Below, one piece after another: positions 1 through 13,308 of a stretch of DNA of 64,000 nucleotides. Numbering within the stretch: the stretch's first letter is position 1; each line of letters starts with the position of its first letter. The stretch comes from Balanoglossus misakiensis (lineage: Eukaryota; Animalia; Hemichordata): the NCBI GenBank assembly GCA_040954595.2, contig CM082586.2, positions 10,881,337 to 10,945,336 on the forward strand, read 5' to 3'. A program made the position numbers and the translations under genes. The notes below the pieces were generated by a model that ran no database searches, was not told where the DNA came from, and was given only the letters and a program-made list of their open reading frames with translations.

Positions 1-286
1 AAGAAGCTCCCCCATACAATTTTAGTGTTTTTTTAAATCAAGCAAGATAATTACATACTGTGTGATAAACTAACTAACTTTACGCGCCTGGGGACAGTTA
101 AAAACCTCGAGCCAAATATAAAATGAGGAAAAACTGCCCCCTCCCCCGTTGTGAATTTTAAAAGGTTGGGGCTCAAACTAACCAGAATTGTCTTGCCGAC
201 TCCTATTTTTCTGTGTACATTTTGATGTATTGTTGTTACGCGAGATTGAGGATTCGTGTTGATGCGGGAATTACGATGACGAAAGC

Positions 287-484
287 AAAAAATCCATCGG
301 CGAATCAAACGGGCACACGGCGAAATTCCATTACACGACGATCCAACTGCGATGAAGAACGCGAACGCGGGTAACGTTGTAAAAAATCCATCGGCGAATC
401 AAACGGGCACACGGCGAAATTCCATTACATGACGAGCGACCTGCAATGAAGAACGCGAACGCGGGTAACGCTGCAAAAAATCCG
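287..484. repeat. 94-bp tandem duplication (~2.1 copies), CpG-rich
   Basis: The anchor aaaaaTCC recurs with its T at 293, 387 and 481. The unit aatccatcggcgaatcaaacgggcacacggcgaaattccattac...gcgggtaacg is repeated. Confidence 0.9.
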
Positions 485-906
485 CAGACAATTATTACAC
501 GAATGCATAGCAACAATTATTTTACCCAACCTGACACTAATAAATTACCCAATGATTTTAAATTTCTTATTATTACACCCCAACTAATCATTATACCTTT
601 GTAATATTAACACCGTTTATACACATCCCATAATGTTTATACCATCAAGTTAATACCATTTTATTATTATTATACCACCAAAACCATGTGTTACCCATTT
701 TTTTTATTATTACACCATTGATGTTAACATCTTTATATATTATACCGGTATTTACCCTCTGTACATGTACAGTTTTTATTTACCACGTGGCATTACTCAT
801 GTTTTTATAGTATTTTAATTACTTATCATACCCTTGAAACCATAATATTATACCCTTGCAGACAGTTTTATTATAGTACCCTTGTGCACAATGTCTTATT
901 AGTCAT

Positions 907-1082
907 CATACACCAACCCTTCACCATTTCATTAGATTATACCATTTTTATTAGCCTAACCTGTTTATACACCAACCCTTCACCATTCCGTTAGATTATA
1001 CCATTTTTTATTACCCTAACATATTCATACACCAACCCTTTACCATTCCCTCAGATTAAACCATTTTTATTAGCCTAACCTA
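907..1082. repeat. ~60-bp tandem repeat, 3 copies
   Basis: atacaccaacccttcaccatt...agattataccattttttattagcctaac occurs three times. Confidence 0.85.
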
Positions 1083-1264
1083 TTGACAGCATCCCTCTGG
1101 TTTTGATATTGTTATCTGGTGCGGCGTTGTTGTAGATATTGATTAGACTCCCTCCGGCGATGATAATACCAATGAACCTATTGAAAAAAAAGAATGAATA
1201 TTATTTATTAGATCAGATCAACAAATCATGGCGTCGTTCATCCCTCTGGTCACAGGAGCATCAT

Positions 1265-2045
1265 CTGGCGTCGTTACAGGTTTAAGTTCATCCCTCCAGT
1301 ACAGTATAAGGTGGCGGCGTCGTTACAAGTATTAAGTTCATCTCTCCAGTACAGTATTAGGTGGCGGCGGCGTTACAAGTATTAACTTCATCTCTCCAGT
1401 ACAGTATTAGGTGGCGGCGTCGTTACAAGTATTAACTTCATCTCTCCAGTACAGTATTAGGTGGCGGCGTCGTTACAAGTTTAAGTTCATCCCTCCAGTA
1501 CAGTATTAGGTGGCGGCGTCGTTACAAGTATTAACTTCATCTCTCCAGTACAGTATTAGGTGGCGGCGTCGTTACAAGTATTAACTTCATCTCTCCAGTA
1601 CAGTATTAGGTGGCGGCGTCGTTACAAGTATTAACTTCATCTCTCCAGTACAGTATTAGGTGGCGGCGTCGTTACAAGTATTAACTTCATCTCTCCAGTA
1701 CAGTATTAGGTGGCGGCGTCGTTACAAGTATTAACTTCATCTCTCCAGTACAGTATTAGGTGGCGGCGTCGTTACAAGTATTAACTTCATCTCTCCAGTA
1801 CAGTATTAGGTGGCGGCGTCGTTACAAGTATTAACTTCATCTCTCCAGTACAGTATTAGGTGGCGGCGTCGTTACAAGTATTAAGTTCATCTCTCCAGTA
1901 CAGTATTAGGTGGCGGCGTCGTTACAAGTATTAACTTCATCTCTCCAGTACAGTATTAGGTGGCGGCGTCGTTACAAGTTTAAGTTCATACCTCCAGTAC
2001 AGTATTAGGTGGCGACGTCGTTACAAATATTACACTCCCTCCAGC
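1265..2045. repeat. 50-bp minisatellite, ~15 copies
   Basis: The unit gtggcggcgtcgttacaagtattaacttcatctctccagtacagtattag is repeated almost identically (cagtattagg at 1501, 1551, etc.). Confidence 0.97.
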
Positions 2046-2156
2046 AGCAGTGTTACCAAAGAACCTAATGTAAAAAAAGAATGAAATTATTTTAATAATC
2101 TGATTAGGTCAAGTCATCATATTGATAAAGAAAACGACAAGAAGAAATCATTTAAA

Positions 2157-2412
2157 AATTAACGCTGCCAGCACCATTGGTTGGGCCCAAACGGTTCCCA
2201 TGGTTACCAGGGTATGCCAAGGCTGTATTCTGCTGTGAATACCAAGATATATGAAAGCTGGTCAAAGGTTACCCCAGGGTCATTGAAAATCGCAAAAAAT
2301 AGCGTCAAGGACACTGTGGTCTCATTTAGTGATTACACTAGAAAAAGTCTACACAGGAGTACAGACAGACAGACACACACATAGAGAGGCAATAAAATAT
2401 GATGCCCCCCCC
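2157..2412 (+). mobile_element. Short Helentron/DINE-like non-autonomous element
   Basis: The 5' end aattaacgctgccagcaccattggttgggccc resembles the element start at 34154 (aattaaagctgcaagcagcattgaatgggccc). A (CAGA)n/(CA)n tract lies near the 3' end. Confidence 0.45.
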
Positions 2413-2807
2413 AGCCCCGAAAACATCTTGATCTTATGTATGCTGGCCTGGTACAATAGACAAACCAGCCAATTAATGAAAATTTTGTACAAATACAGAG
2501 CTCAAAGTTGCATTTTAGTGAGCCCAAAAGCAAATTAACTCAATGTTACGACAAATTTTACTTTTGCCACTCAAAGTTTGCATCGGTGGGGTGGGATGGC
2601 AAGTACTCTTCCCTGATACAATAGACAAACCAGCCAATAAATGAAATGAGGTGAAGAATGAAGGTGAAGAATGAATAACTTTATTTGATTCCATTATCTA
2701 AACAAACACATCCAATTAACTTCCTACTCAAATTTCAAAGTAATCAGTCATAGGTTTTGTAAATCATCATGAGAAATCACCCTGAAACCAAATCAAATCA
2801 AAAATCA

Positions 2808-3102
2808 TATAAGCCTAGTCGGGCTCTGCGCTCCAGCTCAAGGAACCAGTTGTGTGTACCAAAGTACAGACTCAAAACATATGGTGGATGTGCCTTTTCC
2901 CTTGTCGCGCCACAACTTTGGAATCTCTGCCATCTGACATTCAACAGGCTTCTAGTCTCAACATTTTCAAACAAAAACTCAAGACATTTCTATTTGTCAA
3001 AGCCTACGAACACTGATGTTATACTTTCAGCGCCTTTGGAAATAACATTGTTATTGATTCTGGCGCTTTATAAATGTTTGTTTTGATTTGATTTGATTTG
3101 AT
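2808..3102 (+). mobile_element. 5'-truncated L2/CR1-group LINE 3' end
   Basis: Translates as YKPSRALRSSSRNQLCVPKYRLKTYGGCAFSLVAPQLWN, a typical L2/Crack ORF2 C-terminus, followed by a (TTTGA)n tail. It interrupts the repeat seen intact at ~4190 (aaaaatcat|cccaaaaatatac). Confidence 0.88.
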
Positions 3103-3470
3103 CCCCCAAAAATATACTATTCAATTCATCAAGTTGATTTGAAAAACATACATGCAAATCTTACTTGAGCTACCCCTAACATGACTAACACATTTTAAAG
3201 CAATGGAACAAGCGGTTTTAGAGAAAAAAAATTAATTAAACAAGGCTGAAATTGCTCCAAAATTATCAATATGCAAATTTTGCAACATTTCAACAAAAGT
3301 ATTGTAACTCATATCACCTACATGAAGCTTCATACTAAATTTTTTTTACCACAAATGAGGAAAAAGGCAAAAAATGCATAAAATAGAACATTCAAACTAT
3401 TAGTTAAAAAAATACAGGATTGTATGTGGTTGACATAAGGTACTTGCATACCAATTGTCAAATCAATCTG
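3103..3470 (+). repeat. Dispersed Helentron/DINE-like repeat, partial copy
   Basis: Closely similar to 4197-4590 (caaaaatatactattcaattcatcaagttg...ataaggtacttgcataccaa). Confidence 0.75.
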
Positions 3471-4189
3471 TAAATTATCATGAGAACAAACCCTGAAACC
3501 TTCAAATCAAATTTCAAAGCAGTGGGGGTAAAGGGGGCACAGTACGATATTTTACCCACAACTCTCCATGATTTGTATCATCGAGATTGTCCATTTAATT
3601 ACTTTCTGTTTTAGATACTAACAATGATATGAAGTACATATAACTGTATTAAGATTTATCTAGAAAAAGTATGTTGAGGAATTAGAGTGAAAATTTCAAA
3701 ATCAAGATTTAAAAGCCATAGAAATCAAAGTATTCATTCATGTACGTCAAATGTCACACTTAGGAGGAAAGAAGCAATGACTAACTGAGGTGGCCAGTCT
3801 CTGTTGAAAGTCAACATGTAAATTTCCATTGTTCTGTCTATAGAAAAAAATCAATATTGTTTTGTTTGATTAAACAAGTGTTTCAAGTGTCCCTGTTTTA
3901 CTTCAAACTTTTTTGTATCGGCTGGCTATGCAATTGCTTATTTTATAAAATTTGTATCTCCTCTTTCAATAATGCATGATTTTGTTTATCATTTGAAATG
4001 GTAATTGACAATAAGATTCGCCTTTAAAGCATGCTCTCAAAATTTGTATTAGTGGTCTACAATTTTCTCTACACATGTGAACTTTGCCTGGTTTGACCGA
4101 GTAATCTCTGGTTGTACAAACCAGAGTGATTCATGGGATATTTCACATACTGTGGGGGGTTCTGAGAAGAGTTTTGACCAAAAATGGCA

Positions 4190-4640
4190 AAAATCATCCC
4201 AAAAATATACTATTCAATTCATCAAGTTGATTTGAAAAACATACATGCAAATCTTACTTGGGCTACCCCTAATATGACTAACAAATTTCAAAGCAATGTA
4301 ACAACCGGTTTAAAAAAAAAATTCAAAAACGGCCGAAATTGCTCCAAAATTATGAATATGCAAATTTTGCAACATTTTAACAAAAGTATGCTAACTCATA
4401 TCACCTATATGAAGCTTCATACTAAATTTCAAAGAAGTCGTCTCATCAATTTTAGAAAAGTAGATGTTTTACCAAAAATGAGGAAAAAGGCAAAAAATGC
4501 ATAAAAATAGAACATTCAAACTATTCAAAATACAGGACTGTATGTGGTTGACATAAGGTACTTGCATACCAATTGTCAAATCAATCTGACCAGTGGTTTT
4601 GACCAATTTCAAATTTTCCCAGCTAATTTGCATTTATTTA
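4190..4640 (+). repeat. Dispersed Helentron/DINE-like repeat, partial copy
   Basis: Shares core blocks (gaagcttcatactaaatttc; tacaggactgtatg; ccagctaatttgcat) with copies at ~7.0, 9.2, 9.7, 16.4 and 16.9 kb. Confidence 0.75.
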
Positions 4641-4934
4641 ACAATTTCAACTGAATATGGCTGCCAGGTCAAATGACTGATTTGAATTTCAAGGTGCACA
4701 CTCATTGGCAAGGACAACTGTGACAAATTCAAGAAGCATAGGTGTGGCAGGTTTTCAGAGCAAGGTGTAAAAAATATCCAGGGAATGGGGCCCAAGCTCC
4801 TAAAAACCCAGCACAATACCAATAGGGACTCATATTACTAACAAAGTGTAAGCCTGTAATAAGTCAAAAGCTGCACATCTTTTTACCACCTCGTGCCAGT
4901 ACTAAGCAATAAGACTTTTTATAGAGTTGTTTAA

Positions 4935-5667
4935 GGTGGCACTGCATGAAACCGTCGAGACTTTTTCAGAGGCCTATTTCTCATCAAAGACAAAGTTTAA
5001 ACCCCCATAAACCATATATATTCTGGAAGCTGAGATTTTGAACTTTTGTTTGAGTTGCAAATATTATTGATCCCCGGAAATGGTGGCGATTTTGGGCGAA
5101 AAAACCCATTTTTTGATATTATGTCATGAAATTTAAAATAGGTAAAAAAGTTGACCATGCATCATGCATCTTAATATGTCATTCGAAACTAAAGTACACG
5201 TGCAAAAAAACGCTAATTTTGTTTTGCGTTATCTGCTTCCATTGAGGAGTAACAGCGTTTGAAAGTTAGATTTTCTGAAAATTTGATCAAATTCACGGTG
5301 AGTTGTATTGAATCAGAGTTTATTCCCGCCAGGGACACTTTATCGACATACAAAACTAGCGTTTTGTTGGATGGGTCATACACAATTCCCTGTCAAAATT
5401 TGAGCAAATTCGGCCAATGCAGGGCGAAGCTATTTTAGTCCGAAGTTGTCAAAAGCAGCGAAAATGCAAACCGAGAAAAACGGCCATTTGCATTGTTGAC
5501 ACCTATTTGTTAAGCTGTGAACTCATTCAGAAAAGTGCTATTTGGGGGTGATTGTGCACCATTTCCGCCAAGACGTATTAGTCAGGATGTGGGTGAGTAT
5601 TAGGCCTACCGATTTATGTAAAAAAGTAAAATTTGGCAAAAATCACAACTTTTCATGCAATGCCACC
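4935..5667. mobile_element. Non-autonomous TIR element with TTAA TSD (Kolobok-like)
   Basis: TTAA|GGTGGCACTGCATGAAA ... TTTCATGCAATGCCACC|TTAA: 17-bp TIR with 1 mismatch and purine-purine termini. Confidence 0.85.
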
Positions 5668-6989
5668 TTAATTGTCTCTGCTGATGCCAGAGATTGAAAA
5701 AGAATCCTACAAGTTAGGATTTTCAGAAACAATGATAGCTATTTCTATTACTGTTTGTAAACAAAAATGTGATGTTCACCGCCTTGTTTTCAGAAAAGTA
5801 TTTACATAAATGTTTTTCCATAGAGTTAACACAGACATTGGCAGCCATCTTGAATTTCAAAAACTGCAACAATATCTCCAATGCAACAAATCTGCAAATT
5901 GTACTATTTGACACCTGACTTAGGTCAAGGGGTTTCAGAGATGATGACTACTCTTCAGACTCAGACAAAATAATAATGCAATATTCAGCGGAATTTCAAA
6001 AGCATTGACTAAGATCACCAAGGGACAATTCATACCAAAGATCAAAACAATTAGACGTACCTATTTTAAAGATCATTATGAAAACTTTACAGATTCGGTT
6101 ATAATGTAAATAAAAGTAGATCACCCCTGTGGCAATCAGACATGCATATTCTGACAAGATTTTTTGTTTGTACAAAAAGGCAACTGTCTCCAAAATACAA
6201 AATTACAGATTATGTCACATACCTCAGGGAGATCAATACTAAATTTCAGAGAAAATTTCCCCCCAAATATGCAAATTTCACCATATTTTGAAGAAACAAC
6301 TTGTGTCATACCTAGAAACCTGCATAGTCAAAGTAATCTACGAGCTTAGCTTTTTTCTTCCAAAAACAGCAAAAAACTTGTTCCAAACTACAAATATGCA
6401 GAATTCAACACAATTTGAACACACATTACTTCGCCACCCCAAGAAACCTGCACACCAATTTTAAAAGCACTTGCGCCAGTGATTTCAGAAAAGAAAAATG
6501 TTGACAGACATAGGATGACTGAACATCTATCTACCTGTCAGATAACTTTTGCAGTGCTGAGAGCAGAGCTAGAGATTGGTGTTGTCTTTTTACATTTTAA
6601 ATCATCACACTTTGCTACTCAAAGCTACTATTCTGCTATGCTTGAGAAATGACTTGGGACCATTTTTGGCAAACAATAGTCACTAATCTTCCTCAGTTTA
6701 TAGTACAATGTACCTACACTGTTTTAGTAATGTACTGAAAATGTTCAGACTATTTCTTGTGTCTGCATATGTCTTTAGTACAGAAGAATAATCTATCCGG
6801 TTGTCATTTCTCTGTTTATTCAGAAATAAACTAGTCTGGGTTGCAACAGTAAAAATTTTAAAATATTCATACCCTTTCTGAAGGATGTTCAAAACCAATA
6901 CCTATGTGAAGCATTATATCAAATTTGCTGGGTAACTGTGGATTTATAACTTTTGCTAATTACAGTGCTAACTCACACTGGATGATTCG

Positions 6990-7628
6990 ACGGTAATTTT
7001 AGATTCATATGAAGATTTTTTACCAATAATGTTGAAAAATACAAACAAATGCATCAAAAATAGAAAATCAAAATTAGCTCAAAACATACAGGACTGTATG
7101 AGGTAGGCATAAGGTACTTGCATACCAATTTCCAAATCAATCTGACCAGCAGTTGTTGAATTTTGCGAGTTTTGACCAATTTCACATTTTCCAGCTAATT
7201 TGCATATATTTGGTAATGACATTTTCATGTTAACAAACTCCAATCTACAGCCCAGCCTGCATCTGCACACCAAATATCGAGGTGATATGCACAACGGTTT
7301 TCAAGTTTTAGATGTGGACGGACATACAGACATACATCCATACAAACAGACAGACATACTGTAAAACACTTTATTTTCGCGAGCAATTAATTTTCGCCAA
7401 ATACGCGAGAGCCAAAATAACGTGAAAATAAAAAGTCGCGTAAATTGTTTTTGAAGATAACGATGCAGTGAATGAAATAAGAGAACGCGAAAATTAATAC
7501 TCGCGAAACAGTGGCCTCTCTCGATATCGCGAAAAATTTAACTCGCGAAAATACAGTACATCCATACATAAATACAGACACAACTGATTCCATAAGGCCC
7601 ATGGTACATACCATATGGGACCTAAAAA
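6990..7628 (+). mobile_element. Helentron-associated (HINE/DINE-like) element
   Basis: Core block, then a (GACA/CATA)n microsatellite, then a terminal stem-loop ggccccatggta..taccatatgggacc followed by an A-run. Confidence 0.65.
7359..7556. mobile_element. MITE with TA TSD nested in the HINE microsatellite
   Basis: TA|CTGTA...TACAG|TA termini, with internal inverted tcgcgaaa motifs (ttttcgcgag ... ctcgcgaaaa). Confidence 0.8.
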
Positions 7629-9039
7629 CTGCAGAAGCTACACAAAACATTAATACTGAAAACATGGCAAACAGTTGTTGCTAACGGGGTTTTAAATCTC
7701 CCTTATAGATATTTTTGAACTCCCAATTTATGATTATTGACTGTTTGATTGATTAGTTGTTGCACAAATGATAGTATTATCAAAGTAAATAATATCTGTG
7801 AGAAATTTCTTTTCATATTTATTTGAATATGGATAGGGTAAGATGGGGGTTAAACAAAACTACATTTGTTCAAAAGTGGCAAAAACACAAATATGCAAAA
7901 ATCACTATAATTGTACACCATCTTACTTAAATCACTACAAGGAACATTCCTGTCAAAGTTCAAAGCAATCTGACAAGCGCTTTCAGACACAGCGAATTTG
8001 ATAACCATCTACAAATATATTTTTATTTTTTAAACAATTCTTTTACAACACCTTACTTGGGTTACCCCCCTAGGAATCTGCATTCTGAGCAAAAATTACA
8101 AAATTGCTCAAAATTATAAATATACCAATTTCACAACAATTTGCAATTTGGACAAAAACTATGGCTTTCAGAAAGGAAGATTTTTCTTTACCAATAATGC
8201 AGTAAAAGACAAAACAATAAAAATAGAAAATTCATAATATTAGCTCAAAACAAAACATACAGGACTGTATGGCATTTATTGACATTTATAAGAATATGGA
8301 CAGGGTATGATAGGGGGGGGGGGGAATTATAAATTCCAAGGGGGTCATCAATTTTTTGTCATAGCTTTTTGGGGCCATAGAAAAAATAACCTAAAAAGTA
8401 GGAAATCCTACGTCCCCCTAAGCTTTCATTCTGGCCAACAACTTTTTATGAAGGCTTCTGCAGTTGTTAAAAACAGATTGCCTGCTATGTTAGACTATCA
8501 ATCTATAGAGGGGATGAAAAATGTCCTTTTGTCAAGTGTCTGGATTTTGATAACTTCAACAGGTAAAAATATATTTGTAGATGTTTATCAAATTCGCTAT
8601 GTCTGAAACAGTATGCTTGCAAATGTATTAATATAGTCAGATAATATGAATAGTGAAGATAGCAAAACAAACAGGTTTATGCTTATAGCCATAACTTCTA
8701 TTAGTGATGTACATGTTGTACTTAGCAAATAATTGTTATGATCAACTTGGTTTTTATTGCACAAGATCTTTTTATTGCATCCATGTTTCGTTTCATTCTG
8801 GATAATAGTCTGTCTAAATAAGTTAACAGGCTTGATGAGGGTTATTTTAAACAGCGTTCTCAAAAAACCTGCAATGTCATGCCCTATATTTATAAAGTGG
8901 AGGAGAGGTTGTATTCCTAGCAGGATGTTGAAATCATTGGAGGACAAACCCTGCCAGTACCAAAAGTTGCTGGGTGTTATAAATGTTTGAGTAACCCCCC
9001 CCCCCCCTTCCCCAATAACACAATATATACTAAAACATT

Positions 9040-10150
9040 TTTACAACATCTTACTCAGTTTACCCTTAGGAATATGCCTACCAAATCAATCTGGCATGCA
9101 GTTTTAAAGAAAAAAAAAATGACCAAAAGTGGCAAAAATTGCTCAAAATTAAAATATGCAAATTTTTCAACAATTTGAACAAAACTTTGGTTACTCAGAC
9201 AACCATTAGAAGCTTCATACTAAAATTCAAAGAATGAGGCCTATAACTTTAAGAAATGATGATTTCTTTACCAATAATGTGGAATAATACAAAAAATGCA
9301 TAAAAGATTTTTGGCATAAAAAATTAAAAATCGATAATATTAGCTCAAAACATACAGGACTGTTTGAGGTAGACATAAGGTACATGCATACTGATTTTCA
9401 AATGAATGTGACCAGTGGTTGTTGAGTTTGAGTTTTGACCAATTTCACATTTTCCTAGCTAATTTGCATATTTTTGGCAATGACAGCTTCATTTGAACAA
9501 ACTCCAATCTTCAGCCTGGCCTGCATCTACACACCAAATATCGAGGTCATATGCCCAGCGGTTTTCAAGTTTGTGATGTGGACGGACATACAGACATACA
9601 TACATACATCCACCGATATCATAAGGTCCCATGGTAAAGCAAATGGGACCTTACAAAACTATGATAACTCAGATCACCTATGAAGCTTCATACTAAATTT
9701 CAAATAAGTCAGCTGATCAATTCCAGAAAAGCAGATTTTCTACCGATAATGTGGAAAGAGACAAAAAATACATAAAAAATCGAAAATTCACATTAGCTCA
9801 CGACATATAGAACTGTGTGAGGTTAACATAACTTACAGGAATACCAATTTTCAATTTTGAAAGCAATTTGCTCAGTAGTTGTCGAGTTCCCGAGTTTGGA
9901 CGAATTTGACACTTTCCCAGCTAATTTGCATATTTTGGCAATGACAACTTCATTTTGACAACTCCCACTTAATGCCCTGCCTGCATCTCCACACTAAATA
10001 TCAAGGTCACATGCCAGTGGTTTCCAAGTGTTTGATATTGATAGACATACAGACAAACATCCATACAGACATCCATATATACAGGTGCAACTGATCCCAT
10101 AAGGTCCCATGGTATAAATACATATACCTGCACCAAATGGGACCTAATAA
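9040..10150 (+). mobile_element. Two tandem HINE/DINE-like elements
   Basis: Each ends with a (CATA/CAGA) tract and the hairpin aggtcccat...atgggacct (9622-9652; 10100-10148). Confidence 0.65.
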
Positions 10151-10843
10151 TTCTGATAAAATGCCTACATAGTAAGTTTAAAAACCAATTGTACCTTCAA
10201 CGTCCTTGGACAACAATGGCTAATATTACTTGCCAAGGGCGACTAGAATTTTGGGGGCCTGATGCAATTCTGATACATGTACTTCATGATTTAGAGATAT
10301 TGTGAAAATCCTGTCAACCGAATTACAGGGAAATCAGATTTTCCATGTAAAATCATATCACCCAAAAATGTCAAGTGTCGAAAATAATTTTGAAACAAAA
10401 GTCTACTCAAAATCATACCAAAATTTAAATTTTAAAGCAGTACGTTAGGCAAGCAATTTGAGAATGAAGAAACTTACAAAAAAATTATAAATTGAAAATA
10501 ACTTACAAATGCCGTACACAAACTTACAATCACTACCATATTACTGTACAAGTTAAAAGGACATTGTACCAGCAGAGACATTGCGATCGAGCAATCCCCA
10601 AGATATACATGACATGGTCTAATTACAAATATTGAATATGTAAAATAGGTACACAACACTTCCATTCTTTCAGTACAGTCAGCTGCTTGTTAACAATAGG
10701 CATGTAGCTATTTCATCAAATTTACAGCCCAAGTCATGCCTATACAATTCTCCCTTAAGCTACCCTAAGTGAGTGATGAAAATCTCATATGGTCGACAAT
10801 TGATGGCCGATTTTTGCCATGTTAAAGAAATGGGAGTTCATAA

Positions 10844-11627
10844 GGCTGCATTCACAAACACCTCTGGCGAGGGGGGGGCAGGAGAATTGAGCGGGGGGGG
10901 ATTTGAAAAAATTGAAGGTATGTAAGGGGGGATTTGAAATAATTTAGGGACTGAAAGGGGGGACTTGAAAACTTTGACGACTAAATATTTATTTTGAGTC
11001 CACAAAAATGCAGTTTCGCGCCCTTTATTTTACACCCCCTCCCACACCCACCCCCCTCCATTCATCAACACCTTTCAATCATTAACTGGTTTATCTAGTG
11101 TCCCATGTCAGGGGACTTGCCCCCACCCCATGATAACTTTGAGCGGCGACGGTTAAATTTATCCTCCCCAACATACTGGTAGTTGAGTTAATTTGCTTTT
11201 GCCGGGTTCATAAAAATGCAGCTTTGAGCTCTGTATTTTATAAAATTTTCTTACGTGGGAGGGGGACACCCCTTCCCACACCCACCCCCTTCAATTCCCG
11301 GTTTACAATGTCTCCCAACACAGAATACAAATACTTAAAAAATAAAAACCATGTTCAGTTTTAATACCCACTGATGAGGGGAAACATCAGTTTCAAAGTC
11401 TTTTCATGGGAGCGCTGTTTTTCTTTTTTACAAGATAGATAAGTGATGTGTTTTGCTCTGTGAAAGAAAATGGGGGGGGGGGGGATTTTAAAATTTTGGC
11501 AGTTCAGAAGGGGGTGGGGGATTTGAAAATATTTCGGGTTGTGTACAGGGGGGGGGCATGTGAAAATTAGCAGTAAAAAAATTGAATTCTCCCCCCCCCC
11601 CATCCAGAGGTGTTTGTGAATGGAGCC
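10844..11627. mobile_element. MITE with 3-bp TAA TSD (PIF/Harbinger- or Zator-like)
   Basis: TAA|GGCTGCATTCACAAACACCTCTGG ... CCAGAGGTGTTTGTGAATGGAGCC|TAA. The paralogous empty site gggagttcaTAAgctaaa is at 18130-18146. Confidence 0.93.
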
Positions 11628-11960
11628 TAAGCTAAAGCTAAAGTGATAATGGGTCATAACAGACAAAATAACAAAATGTGAAAAACATTTAATGAGTTTA
11701 ATATGCTAACTACGGAGACAGACATGTTTGACCAAAGCATGAAATACACAAAATGTATCATTTCTTCCACCTCTTACTACAGTGGGTTGTAGACTTTTCG
11801 CCCAGAATGCAATGTGATTTGACCCCCTAGCGCAAAGTGAAAACCTATTTAAGGCAGCCAGAATTTTCTGCATAGTATGACGGAAACATTTGTAAAGTCA
11901 TGGCTAGCGTGGGCTGGTAAGTTTATATGGGGCTCTCCATGATAACCAGTTGTGGCTTAC

Positions 11961-11990
11961 CACCACCATAATTTTGAAAGGGCGACTTCA
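11961..11990 (-). other. Putative 30-nt micro-exon (exon C1)
   Basis: ccttttcccatcaaatAG|tgaagtc...ggtggtg|GTAAGC. The paralog at 18696-18725 has a GC donor. Confidence 0.4.
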
Positions 11991-12058
11991 CTATTTGATG
12001 GGAAAAGGTAGCCTTTACAAACAAGCTATGGAGCATGTATACAGCAAGTTGTGCTTAC

Positions 12059-12131
12059 CGGAAAGCGGTCTTGGATCAGGCCTAGGTATTCTCTTCCTCC
12101 TCCGGCATACGTTGAAATGCTGTGTTTAAGA
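12059..12131 (-). CDS. Putative 73-nt exon A1 (open frame LKHSISTYAGGGREYLGLIQDRFP)
   Basis: Branch-like tactaat, acceptor tttgattcacAG, donor G|GTAAGC. 72/73 identical to the paralog at 18794-18866. Confidence 0.5.
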
Positions 12132-13308
12132 CTGTGAATCAAATATTTGCTTATCAATTAGTAACCAATCAACCTTGCTTTAGAATTATTTGGGCCATAC
12201 TAATTAGTGAAAATATGCAAAACATGGTATAATATAGGGTCAGACTGTGCTGCGATAATGTACGTGGAATACGAATCAGAGAAATCTGTAACAGCGATCT
12301 TGAAACTCCATTTACATCAGTACTGCAGTAAAGTGGTCCACATGGGTATACCACAAACATGGCAGTTAGGTGACAAGTGAAACTGACATCATATCTGTAA
12401 ACGACAGGTGTACACACACTTTGACATCTACGTAACACTGTACAATGATTTCTTAATGTTTGTTGTGAAAATGAAACTTACATTTGATCCACCTCACTTT
12501 TCATACAACTGATTAGCGCAAGAATGTAAATTGTTGGCAATTATAAAACATTTATTTTACTATAGAAAAGTAAGCCTTTACATTTAAACTTTGAATATCA
12601 GTATACTAAAATGTTTCAAACGTGGCTGTCAGTATATCTCATGGCATGGTGGCAGAAGTACATGTTGTTACCAGGGAAGACACATTGAACATAGACAAGC
12701 GCACTAGTCGCTTGGTGATTTTTCATCTAGATTCTCAAAACTTTCTGTGCATTTGGTAGCTTTGAGCAAGTTTCTGGTACTGAGCTGAGTTTCGAATTTG
12801 GAACTGGGCTGCTTTGGCTTTGATTACCATGGGCCAATATGATCTTATGCACACATTTTTGAAAAAAACTCCAGCCTGTTTGTGTCGTGATCTATATTTT
12901 TCTTTGTGGCCTAAGGTATTGTTTTATTTCACTATAAACAACATTACTTTCCTTCATGTGTCTATATATAATAATAGATCTCTTAGCCAGTTTGATGAAG
13001 CATAGTGTTGGACTAGCACACTTTCAGCCAAAATTACGGTATCTCCCCGTGTATTGGTATGGGAGTAATTTCTAGCTATATGGTTAAGGAAATGCATCCA
13101 AATTTAATTTATGCTTCACATGAAGATTTGAACTTGACCATTTAATTCATGTCATCACGATCATATCACAGGCAATCGAGGCTAGAATTCGAAGGAAAAA
13201 AGTATTGATAACTGGAAGGTGTAAATTAGTTCGTAGACATACATTGTTTCCTATTGTTTCGGTTGTGCCACGCCCGATAAAAGCAAATATACAGCAAGTC
13301 ATGCTTAC

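Noticed and set aside
1265-2045. Possible CRISPR array
   Set aside because: The units are contiguous and near-identical with no unique spacers, there are no cas genes, and the context is eukaryotic.
10474-10665. 63-aa ORF conserved in both duplicate copies (also 17722-17937)
   Set aside because: The conservation is explained by the recent duplication. It may contain an exon (several GTAAGT donors), but the frame and product cannot be supported.
11844-11854. CArG-like CCTATTTAAGG / TATA-like motif
   Set aside because: It has seven A/T bases rather than six, and there is no evidence of an associated TSS.
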